The notes under the pieces are model-generated. The model was given only the letters and a program-made list of their open reading frames with translations. It was not told the DNA's origin and searched no databases. Of a stretch of DNA of 59,925 nucleotides, positions 20,014-29,149 are shown piece by piece. Source of the DNA: Planctomycetota bacterium. Lineage in GTDB: Bacteria > Planctomycetota > SZUA-567 > H5-PLA8. The first letter of the stretch is position 1; every line of letters begins with the position of its first letter. Both the position numbers and the translations under genes were made by a program. Location: positions 1 to 59,925 of the forward strand of contig JBBRPR010000054.1 of the NCBI GenBank assembly GCA_038227875.1. The letters run 5' to 3'.

Positions 20014-21365
20014 TTACCAGCGCAGACTTGAAGGCTTATGAAGTGTGGAAAATTCGCAAATTGAACAGCAGTACATCCAATAACCGCACTCCGATTGCGC
20101 CGGTTGAAGATGTGCCCGGCTCTATAGGATTCGCAGTCAATACTCCGTCGCTTCCACCTGATACTTCCGCCAACTCCTGTTCTTGGCGTGGTGTAAGCAA
20201 CGCGGACGTGGAAAAGGTGCTCGCTCAATATCCACTCGGCAAAATCGTCGCAGAACTGAGGCGGGTATCGGACCCGCCGTTGCCACTGGAACTCGCATTG
20301 CCGAACGCCTTGGCAATGACTTCTTGCGCACTCTCTCGTGATAATGGGATTCTGGTTGACCCGGCGACAGGTACTCCGCGTACAGGCACAGACAGGCTTG
20401 CTGTGCGCGTCAGCATCAACGGGTTGGTACAGGGCCTGAATCTTTACCTTTTCGTGGTCGCGCCGTCAATGAGTGGAAAGGATTTAGGCGGGTTTGAGAA
20501 AGTTTTGACGGATTTGGGGATTGTAGTTCAAACTGGCGGCTCGCGTGAGGGTATCATGGACGGTCTTGATTACCCGAACCCGCTCATTCGAATCTCGGAA
20601 TTCAAGCATTACATGGATGCGCGGCACTACAACAATGGCGTCCTGAGTCTTTTAACAACACTGTTCACGAAGTATGAAGGTTCCGACAAATACGCAAACA
20701 GCAAACGCGATATCTTGTTCACAGCGCCGACATTGTTAGCGTCGGTGCAGCCGGGAATCATGCGCGACAAATTTAATTCGGAAAACGTAAACGATGGCTT
20801 CTTTGGGCGGTTGCTAATTACCTATTTAAGTGACATAGAGTTTTGGAAAATTGGGAAGGGCTTGGATAGAAAATTTCTTCAAGGCGCGGTGAAGGAGTAC
20901 ATGGAACTAACCGGCGAGTTGCGTCTGACCGGAGAAATGTTTGAACCGCTGGCCCGCGAAGTATGGGGTTCGCCGATTCGAACAACTGCGGGAAGGCACT
21001 TTAGAGAAATGGGACATCGACTGGCAGTGCACTTGACCCGCTCCTTGACCCCAACGCCAGCGGATTGGGCGAATACCGGCATTCTGCTTCGCTGGTTCAT
21101 CAATCAGCATGAACGTGCATTTTTCAATGTCGGGATGTCGGAGAGCGAGAGCTACGCCGCTAAAAGGGAGCGATGGCAGAATCTTATTATTTCGGCTATC
21201 CAGAAATGCCATGAAAAGGGATTGCCTACGGGTCGCGAGAATATCGCACGTCAGCACAACCATCTGACGTGGGGTTGCAATGGAAAGACAAGGAAGGCGG
21301 TTTTGGACGACATGGTAGAATTGGGAACCCTCATGGAAGGTGGTGGGGAATATCGGGTTGTGTAG
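20010..21365 (+). CDS. DUF3987/YfjI-like P-loop NTPase (putative replication helicase-type protein)
   Basis: Walker A VVAPSMSGKD, SREG, Walker B-like IRISEF, ASVQP, DGFFGRLL, C-terminal winged-helix-like end. Confidence 0.75.
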   Translation: MITSADLKAYEVWKIRKLNSSTSNNRTPIAPVEDVPGSIGFAVNTPSLPPDTSANSCSWRGVSNADVEKVLAQYPLGKIVAELRRVSDPPLPLELALPNALAMTSCALSRDNGILVDPATGTPRTGTDRLAVRVSINGLVQGLNLYLFVVAPSMSGKDLGGFEKVLTDLGIVVQTGGSREGIMDGLDYPNPLIRISEFKHYMDARHYNNGVLSLLTTLFTKYEGSDKYANSKRDILFTAPTLLASVQPGIMRDKFNSENVNDGFFGRLLITYLSDIEFWKIGKGLDRKFLQGAVKEYMELTGELRLTGEMFEPLAREVWGSPIRTTAGRHFREMGHRLAVHLTRSLTPTPADWANTGILLRWFINQHERAFFNVGMSESESYAAKRERWQNLIISAIQKCHEKGLPTGRENIARQHNHLTWGCNGKTRKAVLDDMVELGTLMEGGGEYRVV

Positions 21366-21642
21366 TGGTCCGGCGTTGTGGTTGGTGTAGTGGGAAAATC
21401 CTTCGGAAAAGGATGCTGCAAGATTGTGCCGAAGGCTACTACCCACTACAACCACCGCTACAGCCATTATGTAGTGGTCTACAACTGCTTTGCATATAGG
21501 AGAGATTATAAACTACTACACCACTACAGTAGTTATCAATTTTAACCTTTTTGCAAAGGTTTTTACCGATGCAGGCAGTCACAGGGCATTTTTGTTCTTT
21601 CAGAATGGAAGCCAAGGGGTTCCACTGTAGTGGCTGTAGCGG
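21361..21642. repeat. TGTAGTGG/CCACTACA iteron-like array (candidate origin)
   Basis: Copies at 21361, 21386, 21470, 21626 and variant 21635 (forward); 21443, 21521 and variants 21455, 21513 (reverse). Confidence 0.75.
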
Positions 21643-21731
21643 TGTTGTGGTAGGGTCGGGGTTCTTATGCGGCGCAGTCAGCAGTAGTTCTATATTGGGT
21701 CCCAAGACTGTGGCGGTAAGAAACCCGAAAA

Positions 21732-21821
21732 TGCCTTGGACTTTTGGATGTTAAGAATTTCGCCTCAATATCCAAAAGTCCAAGGCAAAGCAGCCTTTCA
21801 TACCGGGTCCAGAAGTCCAAG
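21732..21821. repeat. 18-bp perfect inverted repeat plus a third partial copy (TCCAAAAGTCCAAG family)
   Basis: TGCCTTGGACTTTTGGAT at 21732-21749 / ATCCAAAAGTCCAAGGCA at 21770-21787; TCCAGAAGTCCAAG at 21808-21821. Confidence 0.8.
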
Positions 21822-21825
21822 ACTT

Positions 21826-22788
21826 TCAGCAAGTATCATGCTTTGATTTCCCATGCGACTCCAACCATTTCCGCTTGTACTCGTAGTAGTAGCTCCGGTT
21901 TAGCTGTGTCTTCGAATGCCACACTTTTTCGCGGTCTTCCTTATCGCTCTTGAGCTTCGGGTCATTGAGAATCTCGGCTATCACTTTCATGCGACGAGAT
22001 TCCTGATTGTCCTTTTTGCCTTGAGCGGTGCCGGAGCGAATCAACTGGACTGCCCGACGCTTCCAGTCTCGTGGATATTTCCGTTTAAGTGGCAAAATGG
22101 AATGGGTGTAGAGCCGAATGTCTCCCACATGGACGTATTCGATGTTGTCCTCAACGAGACGGTAAACGTCCTTGTGGTGCTTCATATCCCACCATGTCTT
22201 GACGTAATCGTGGACTTCGGGGACGGTCGGCTCAAACGCAATGAATGTTTCCGCACGGCTGTAGAGCGCCTTTAAGTTGCCAGTCATTTTCGTCGGCAAT
22301 TCATTTGTAATCAGGCACACGCGGCCAGAAGTCTCAAAGCAAGTTGGGATTCCCGCTTCCATGAGCGTCTTGTTTTGCTTTTCCCATGACATGATTTGGG
22401 GGGCTTCGTCGCACATGCTTTTCAGCATCGAGACGGTTTTCTTGTCGTCGTATATGGCATCCATGTCGTCCAGAATCAGGCCCGCGCCATTTTGTTGCAA
22501 TGCCTTCCACGCAAGAGTGTAAAGCCCCACGGGGCTTGCGTCCGTCTTGCGATAAAGGCAATTCGCTTGCTGTGCGTTGCTTCGCAAGTAGTAGGATTTT
22601 CCCGTTCCGGGCGAACCTAAGACAACCAAACAGGGTGTCTGATAGGTGGGCTTCCTTTTCGTCTGTGTCCCCCACAAAAACATGTCGCACTCGTCGATGA
22701 ATTCGGCGAAGGTGTGGATGTTCTGCACACGAATGTGTCGCGCCCGGAGCCAATCGAAAAACTTCCGCACGTCCATTGGGTTTTGCAT
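21826..22788 (-). CDS. P-loop ATPase (AAA+/SF3-like) with C-terminal HTH-like tail
   Basis: Walker A GSPGTGKS, Walker B LILDD, sensor CLITN, ALYSR arginine finger, tail TQLNRSYYYEYK. Confidence 0.8.
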   Translation of the reverse strand: MQNPMDVRKFFDWLRARHIRVQNIHTFAEFIDECDMFLWGTQTKRKPTYQTPCLVVLGSPGTGKSYYLRSNAQQANCLYRKTDASPVGLYTLAWKALQQNGAGLILDDMDAIYDDKKTVSMLKSMCDEAPQIMSWEKQNKTLMEAGIPTCFETSGRVCLITNELPTKMTGNLKALYSRAETFIAFEPTVPEVHDYVKTWWDMKHHKDVYRLVEDNIEYVHVGDIRLYTHSILPLKRKYPRDWKRRAVQLIRSGTAQGKKDNQESRRMKVIAEILNDPKLKSDKEDREKVWHSKTQLNRSYYYEYKRKWLESHGKSKHDTC

Positions 22789-23089
22789 TGTGTCCTCTAT
22801 TCTGGCCGGGTGAAGACAGCCCTTCTACCGGGGATGCGCACATGAGCATCCGTCACGTGTCTCGAAGCTTGGCTTTGAGTCGTCTCTAATCGAGCGGCGG
22901 GCTATCTGTCCCGGCCAGTATCATTAACGTGCGGTTTGGGGGATTTTCTAACAAAATCACGCAAAATTCTTGAATGCGTCAGAATTCTTATGAGTTGGGA
23001 ATGGAGCACGGCAGCGCTAATGTATGTGGCCGCATGGGAAGTAATATTAGTCCCACTTTTCGTCTTCGGTCATAAACATGATGATAACT

Positions 23090-23554
23090 TCATTCATGTA
23101 ACGACGCAATCTCAGCCGAAAATACGCGACACCCTGATTTCAAAATACGAGCCGTATCAACAGGAAGATACCAGTAGCTCTGTGGCGGTAAGAATCCCGG
23201 CACTCGTTCGCGAAGTTTTTCAAGTGCCACGGGTCGCGTATAGCGCCAAGCTTTTTCGATGCCGATACCATAGGCTTTATTACAGCCTTTAAAATAGCTA
23301 TGAAACTCGGTGCGAGTCAGTCCAGACGTAGCGCCAACACGGAGCCATAGCTTCTCTGGAGATTCTGCATGCACGCCTGAAACTTGGAACGCACCCGCCA
23401 GCGCCATTACGGGTGCGGTCACGTACACAAAAACAACGTCTCCCCGCTCACGCCGTGGTCGAATTCGCCTTAGCTCCACAGTTTTTTCACCACGGAATAT
23501 GCGGTCTGCATGTTCCGGGCGAATCGACAATAAGAGGGTACTGTCTGAACTCAT
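23090..23554 (-). CDS. ASCH (PUA-like) domain protein
   Basis: LLSIRPEHADRIFRGEKTVELRR, VYVTAPV, PPQSY. Confidence 0.9.
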   Translation of the reverse strand: MSSDSTLLLSIRPEHADRIFRGEKTVELRRIRPRRERGDVVFVYVTAPVMALAGAFQVSGVHAESPEKLWLRVGATSGLTRTEFHSYFKGCNKAYGIGIEKAWRYTRPVALEKLRERVPGFLPPQSYWYLPVDTARILKSGCRVFSAEIASLHE

Positions 23555-25614
23555 TTGCGCCCCCCCGCTGCAAGCCGATAAAGCTCAAAGTACGTTGTCG
23601 GGGAAATCAAAACAGGCGACTGATGCGTGGTCTTAATGTCAGCGGCGCGTAGAATGGGTTTGAGCGCTTTAAACTTGATTGGCGCGGGGAGCACTTCGGT
23701 ATCGACAAAGCGAATTGCCATTATCCTGTTGTCCAGATTTCCCTTGGCAAGTTTCTTTACATGCTGCCGATGATAAACTCCGTATCGGCGATTCTTAGCA
23801 AAGAGTTCTCGTGCAGAACCCACTTCAACTTCCGTTATCAAGGATGTAGCGCATAGCTCTTTCACTTCTCTGCTGACATACCAGTACACTCTTGCTGGCG
23901 CTGTAAGAATAGCTGGTCTTGCAGCACGGTAATAGACAGCCTCACGATTCATTGCCACGCTCTCATCCGCTCCCAACAACTCACCCTTCGCAAGCCGCTG
24001 GTCAACCAGATGCTTCGCCCACTCAGGCCTTATTGGAATGATGAAACACGGAATGTTGCCGTCCTTAACCTTGAACGGCCAAAACCGCCTCTCAATCTTC
24101 AAAACCGTATCTGTGCTCTTGGGAGTTATCGGCAAAGACAGGCCGTTACCGAAGGGATTGATTGAATCTAAAGACTCGCCGCTCGAATTCGCGACGCCGT
24201 CAAGTATCAAGGAAAGCTGGCTACAATCGCCACAGGCTCTTGGGCACACTTTGAGCCAGTCGAATTTACTGCGTGAGAACTCCTCTTGCAACGCCGTCGA
24301 AGTTTCATCCTGTAGGAATGAATCAGTAAGTCGAATAAGCAAAAGCTCACGACTGACAGCGTGTTTCACTATTGAAAACAGGAGGTGCCGCACAAGAGTA
24401 GAGGCTTGCGGTCCCTGTCGCAATCTCAAGCATGGAATCCGCAGTTCACTTTCTTTGGAATAATCGTATCCAATTAGCGCAATTGGCTGCTCATCAGCGG
24501 TTTGAATAATCTCAAGCTTGCATTTTTGGGTTTGGACAAGAATTGCGGCCAGCCGGTTAGTAAATTCTGTCTTCTTCTCACGTTGGGCCGCGTTTTGGAA
24601 CACTTCGGCACATCTGGAAAAATCATCTTTGGAAGCCCGTGTTACCGTGCATCGAGTCTCCGCCAAGCGTATGGGTTGATATTGGTCCTCATGGCGCAAA
24701 GCATCCAGTTCAACGATAAGCTCCACTGGGCGAATAATCCGCAATCCGAATTCTGCAAATACGTCGAAGGATATTCCTAAAAGTCGCGAATCACGTGTCA
24801 CAAAGACGGAGATTTGATTTGTTATGCTTTTCAAGACTTGGCGAAAATCGGATTGGTCACTTTCGGTGCCCTTGTCGCTCAGGATAGGTCGAAGCTTCTT
24901 GACCACGGCTTCGAAAGAATCGTGGGGCGCGCTAAGGATGGGAAATGATTTTGCAAAAGCCCGATTTGCTTTGCGGCGTTCCTCATTTGCATGCCGATGG
25001 ATTTCATTGAATATCTCGTCGGTAACGCATAACTCGATTAGCCCGACTAACCAATCACTTTGTAGTGCGTGTGATTCTTCGTTAAAGGGTTCGGCGTTTG
25101 GGCAAAGGTCGAAGAAAATATTTGCATCGAGCACAATCCGCAAAGCGGTTGTCGTGGGCGGAACAGAGAGTAGATTCTTGTGGCAGTTGTCAGACCACCA
25201 AATCGTGAGCCGCTTTGCATCCTTGCTCCGCCCAACACATTCACCCACCGCAGCAAAATTAAATTTTGGCCAAACCTGATTTTCCTTAAAGTCTTGACGG
25301 CACTTCAACCCAATTCCTGCACAATCCCTTGTTCTGATTCGAAGTCCATCAATCAGCATCCTTGCAAGACCTTGCTTCCGATATTTTGGAGCCGAACAAA
25401 GATGCACAATTGTGGCCTGTACGCCACTTCGGCGGTATAGCAGATATCCGAAAAGATTCGCTCCTTCACAAACGGCCAGCAACAGTTTTTTCGAAGCATG
25501 CTCTTTAAAGCCGCCTTCCGGCAAGAAACCGAGAGTGCCTGATTGGCTACGCCACAGTTCAAGCACTTGCCGAAAGTATTGGGAATCTGGCTCGACTTCG
25601 ACAACTTCGCGCAC
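23551..25614 (-). CDS. GNAT acetyltransferase-PIN ribonuclease-ASCH/PUA-like fusion protein
   Basis: GNAT (HLCSAPKYRKQGLAR), PIN (IVLDANIF, TDEIFNEI, SD, FVTRD), C-terminal FIIPIRPEWA...VYY...VYWYVS. Confidence 0.82.
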   Translation of the reverse strand: MREVVEVEPDSQYFRQVLELWRSQSGTLGFLPEGGFKEHASKKLLLAVCEGANLFGYLLYRRSGVQATIVHLCSAPKYRKQGLARMLIDGLRIRTRDCAGIGLKCRQDFKENQVWPKFNFAAVGECVGRSKDAKRLTIWWSDNCHKNLLSVPPTTTALRIVLDANIFFDLCPNAEPFNEESHALQSDWLVGLIELCVTDEIFNEIHRHANEERRKANRAFAKSFPILSAPHDSFEAVVKKLRPILSDKGTESDQSDFRQVLKSITNQISVFVTRDSRLLGISFDVFAEFGLRIIRPVELIVELDALRHEDQYQPIRLAETRCTVTRASKDDFSRCAEVFQNAAQREKKTEFTNRLAAILVQTQKCKLEIIQTADEQPIALIGYDYSKESELRIPCLRLRQGPQASTLVRHLLFSIVKHAVSRELLLIRLTDSFLQDETSTALQEEFSRSKFDWLKVCPRACGDCSQLSLILDGVANSSGESLDSINPFGNGLSLPITPKSTDTVLKIERRFWPFKVKDGNIPCFIIPIRPEWAKHLVDQRLAKGELLGADESVAMNREAVYYRAARPAILTAPARVYWYVSREVKELCATSLITEVEVGSARELFAKNRRYGVYHRQHVKKLAKGNLDNRIMAIRFVDTEVLPAPIKFKALKPILRAADIKTTHQSPVLISPTTYFELYRLAAGGRK

Positions 25615-25617
25615 TGG

Positions 25618-26808
25618 TCACAGCTCCCCGTTAAACGCTTTGTCGAGAATCGAAGGCAACAGAGCGTCCAGTTCGGCGGCGGTTTCTGCTTGAAGTTTCT
25701 TCAACGCATCGACCTTGGCTTGTAGGCCGTCAAGGTAAGCCACGATGCGATGTTGTTCTTGAAGTGTCGGAACCAGAATCGGTATTTGTCGGATTCGTCC
25801 TACACTAAGGCTGCGAAGGCCGCTCGTAGTACGACTTTGCTGTTGAACCGCGTCTTTACCGACCGGACTATTGAGATACAAGTTTAAATACTCTGGCCAA
25901 ATTCTTGCTTGGTCCAGTCTAACCCGGATGACATGGTTTTGGTGTACGCACGGTTGAAGTTCTCCACGAAACAACGCCGCTCGTCCAATTTCGCTTTCGC
26001 TTCCATTTCCCTCAATGATTAAGACATCGCCCGCAATTAGCGCCCACCGCTCAAGCTCGCCAGCGTTTACTTCGAAATATCGGGGGTCATCAAGAACGAT
26101 TCTATTTCGATGGACATGCGCAACGGTCAAGTAACGAATGGGATTGGCCCCTGCAACACGATGTGGACCCTTTTGAATGCCACCGCGTACTTCGGCCAGC
26201 ATTTCAATTGGTAGAACTACAGCATCGGGTTGCTCACGAAGGAGTTTCGCGGCGGTGGATTCTCTAAACGAATTCGCTTCTTCCGCCGCCAATCGCCGCA
26301 GCCCCCGCGCCTCTTCCACCTTTGCCGCCAATTCCTCAATTCGAGATAAAATTCGACGCTGTTCCGACACAGGTGGTAATGGAATTTTAATAGTAAGAAA
26401 TAGTTCGGGTTTAATGCGGTTCTTTCCACTTGTACCGCGAGATAACTGGTCGCACTTCTCCCAAAAGGAGCGTGTCTTTGTCTGCCAGTGAATCCACCGG
26501 TGTAGGACTTTGGATAAGTCCAATTCGAACGTGGGAAACTCATTAGATGCGGCACAACCGTCAACGGCCTTCGTCGCAATAGCTGTTGACCCATGCCGAA
26601 CCCAAATCTTGTTGATAATTAGGTCGCCCTCTCGAACGAACGATAGCACTCTCGCCGCTGTCTCGGAGCCGTCGATGGTTTCTCGTTCATAGGCACCCTC
26701 TCCCCACCATTTCACACCGATGGTGCGATACGATGTACCCGGAGTGACCGGAACAACGCGGCTGATAGGACTGGATATTTCACATAAGGGTACGTCCGGG
26801 TAAATCAT
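25618..26808 (-). CDS. hsdS: Type I restriction-modification specificity subunit
   Basis: Two TRDs with conserved IPLPPVSEQRRI and VPTLQEQHRIVAYLD; ends SILDKAFNGEL. Confidence 0.93.
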   Translation of the reverse strand: MIYPDVPLCEISSPISRVVPVTPGTSYRTIGVKWWGEGAYERETIDGSETAARVLSFVREGDLIINKIWVRHGSTAIATKAVDGCAASNEFPTFELDLSKVLHRWIHWQTKTRSFWEKCDQLSRGTSGKNRIKPELFLTIKIPLPPVSEQRRILSRIEELAAKVEEARGLRRLAAEEANSFRESTAAKLLREQPDAVVLPIEMLAEVRGGIQKGPHRVAGANPIRYLTVAHVHRNRIVLDDPRYFEVNAGELERWALIAGDVLIIEGNGSESEIGRAALFRGELQPCVHQNHVIRVRLDQARIWPEYLNLYLNSPVGKDAVQQQSRTTSGLRSLSVGRIRQIPILVPTLQEQHRIVAYLDGLQAKVDALKKLQAETAAELDALLPSILDKAFNGEL

Positions 26809-28343
26809 ATCTTTGCCCCTTCAAGCACTATCTTAATTTCCGCCATAATGTCCGCAATGCGCTGTTCCTTTTTTAAAATGTCGTCTGCCAATTGTTCTGG
26901 CGGTAGGTGTTCAAAATCGACCTTGCCGCGTGGATTCTTGATGTCGAGATTGCAACCGTGGGAAAGAATGTCGCCAGCGGGCACTTTCCAAGCCCGGTCA
27001 TTTTCAACGCGCTCTTTCCACCACGCCATGCATGGTGCGAATTCTTCGAACTGAATCGGCGCGGTCTTCGTGTAGTTCTTGCGGTCTACTGGTAACGGCT
27101 GCTCGTAGTACCAGATTTCCGTCGTGGGGCCGGTGCGGTCAAAGAACAGCAAGTTCGTGGGGATGCCGGTGTAGGGCGCGAACACACCGTTCGGAAGGCG
27201 CACGATGGTATGTAGATTGAATTCTTTGAGCAAGTCTTCCTTGATACGAGCACAGATGCCGTCACCAAAGAGCGTGCCATTCGGTACAACCAATCCGGCG
27301 CGGCCCGGCTTGGGCTGGCGCTTGAGTTTCCGCATAATCAGTTGCAAAAATAACAGCGCTGTCTCAGCGGTCTGCTTGTCGTCGGGAAAGTTCGATAGAA
27401 TCCCGCGCTCCTCTTCACCACCGAAAGGCGGGTTTGTCAAAATCACATCAACGCGGTCCCTGTCGCCGATTTCATTCAGCGGGAACCGAAGCGCATTTCC
27501 GGGGTCAATTTGCGGTGATTCCAAACCGTGAAGCAGCAAATTCATTTGCCCCAACAAGTATGGCAACGGCTTGGCTTCAACACCGAAGATGCTTTCAGTT
27601 TGCAATGCCCTTCGGTGCTCGACGGTCTTGCATTGCTTTTCTAAATGCAAATAGGACTCGACCAGAAATCCGCCTGTGCCGGAAGCCGGGTCGAGAACTT
27701 TTTCACCAAGACGTGGGTGTGTCACTTCAACCATGAAACGGACAACGGCACGGGGCGTGTAGAACTCGCCGGAATCCCCCGCCGCATCCCGCATTTCCTT
27801 GAGCATAGACTCATATAAGTGGCCGAGCGTATGGATTTCATCGCTGCTTGTGAAGTGAATGTCGTTCAACTTGTTGATGACATCCCGTAGCAGATAACCG
27901 TTTATCATCCGGTTCAACGTGCCCTTGAAAACGGTTGCGACCACATCGCGCCGGTCACCGCCATTAGAACCCTGTAGGCTCCGCAAATACGCAAAGAGTC
28001 CCGGCCCTTTTTTTCCATCCGGGAGCCTTGCTTCTTCGTTGTTGATAAAGGAAATCAGTTCATCCCCGGTGATGCCGTCTGACTTCGCAGCCCAATCCCG
28101 CCAGCGATACGGCTTTTCAATGGAAGGCTTAAATCGCTTTCCAGAGAGTTTCGATTCTTCTTCGCGGATATGTTCCATGTCATCAAGGAATTTCAGGAAC
28201 ATAATCCATGTCAACATGGGCAAACGGTCAAGGTCGCCACTCAGTCCCTTATCCTTTCGCATAATATCGCGGGAGGACTTAACGATGGAGCCAAGTTTTT
28301 GGGCAGTTGTAACTTCACTCAAATTTTGTAGTTTTCCTTTCAT
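26805..28343 (-). CDS. hsdM: Type I RM N6-adenine methyltransferase
   Basis: GEFYTPR, DPASGTGGF, NPPF. Confidence 0.97.
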   Translation of the reverse strand: MKGKLQNLSEVTTAQKLGSIVKSSRDIMRKDKGLSGDLDRLPMLTWIMFLKFLDDMEHIREEESKLSGKRFKPSIEKPYRWRDWAAKSDGITGDELISFINNEEARLPDGKKGPGLFAYLRSLQGSNGGDRRDVVATVFKGTLNRMINGYLLRDVINKLNDIHFTSSDEIHTLGHLYESMLKEMRDAAGDSGEFYTPRAVVRFMVEVTHPRLGEKVLDPASGTGGFLVESYLHLEKQCKTVEHRRALQTESIFGVEAKPLPYLLGQMNLLLHGLESPQIDPGNALRFPLNEIGDRDRVDVILTNPPFGGEEERGILSNFPDDKQTAETALLFLQLIMRKLKRQPKPGRAGLVVPNGTLFGDGICARIKEDLLKEFNLHTIVRLPNGVFAPYTGIPTNLLFFDRTGPTTEIWYYEQPLPVDRKNYTKTAPIQFEEFAPCMAWWKERVENDRAWKVPAGDILSHGCNLDIKNPRGKVDFEHLPPEQLADDILKKEQRIADIMAEIKIVLEGAKI

Positions 28344-29137
28344 GGAACGCTATGGCCCCCTTTGGAAGAGTTCGCCTTCTTAGAACGTGGCTTTCTACCC
28401 TTGTTAATCACCTTACTTAACTTTTGAAGAGACACGGTACGATTGCCGAGCACTTCCTCAAGTACATGGTAAACCAAATCCAGTGCGTCAAAAATATCGC
28501 TCCTTTCCACAATACCTGTGTGGCTACCTTCATTCCCAATCCATTTTGCAGCGAGCAACAAGTCGGCAAGCTCTGGCCTTTGTACTCGAAATCGCTCTAT
28601 CCGTTTGTGAAGGGACAAAGGACTCCTTTTTGACCCTTTTTTCAATAACGCATATTGGGGAATGTTCTGAGTAGTAAGCAATGCTTCTATCGACGAACGA
28701 ATATGATTTACAGCCGACCCTTTATCGCACCAGAACACTGAAAATGCTTCTTCAATCGGTGCGCAGACTTCCTTTGGCCAACCAGATGGCAAGTTCAACA
28801 ATTTCAAAGGGGGGTCAAAATACTTAGGATAATACTCATATAAATTGACAGGAATGCCCTCATTATCTTCGTAGTCGTTTACTCGATACGAACCACAGGT
28901 GCTAACTACTTCACTGCAATGTTTGCGATTACAACGAAGCAAACAAGAAAATTTCCCGTGCTCCCAACTTGGGTCCCAATCTTGGTGTTTCCTATCCGCG
29001 CCAGATTCAGGTGCTTCTTGTCTAACAAGTAATTTGGCATCGGGTGTGAGCACTCCGAGCCTACAGACAGGGCACAACCATTTTGTATCGTAATCATCTA
29101 TAAAAGATTCTCGAAAGCTGTCTCTATCAATTGCCAT
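28340..29137 (-). CDS. DUF4145 (HEPN-like) domain protein with N-terminal Zn-ribbon-like Cys pairs
   Basis: CPVC and CNRKHC; IEEA...AVNHIRSSIEALL...LHKRIE...KWIGNEGSH. Confidence 0.8.
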   Translation of the reverse strand: MAIDRDSFRESFIDDYDTKWLCPVCRLGVLTPDAKLLVRQEAPESGADRKHQDWDPSWEHGKFSCLLRCNRKHCSEVVSTCGSYRVNDYEDNEGIPVNLYEYYPKYFDPPLKLLNLPSGWPKEVCAPIEEAFSVFWCDKGSAVNHIRSSIEALLTTQNIPQYALLKKGSKRSPLSLHKRIERFRVQRPELADLLLAAKWIGNEGSHTGIVERSDIFDALDLVYHVLEEVLGNRTVSLQKLSKVINKGRKPRSKKANSSKGGHSVP

Positions 29138-29149
29138 TTTCGCCCCCGC

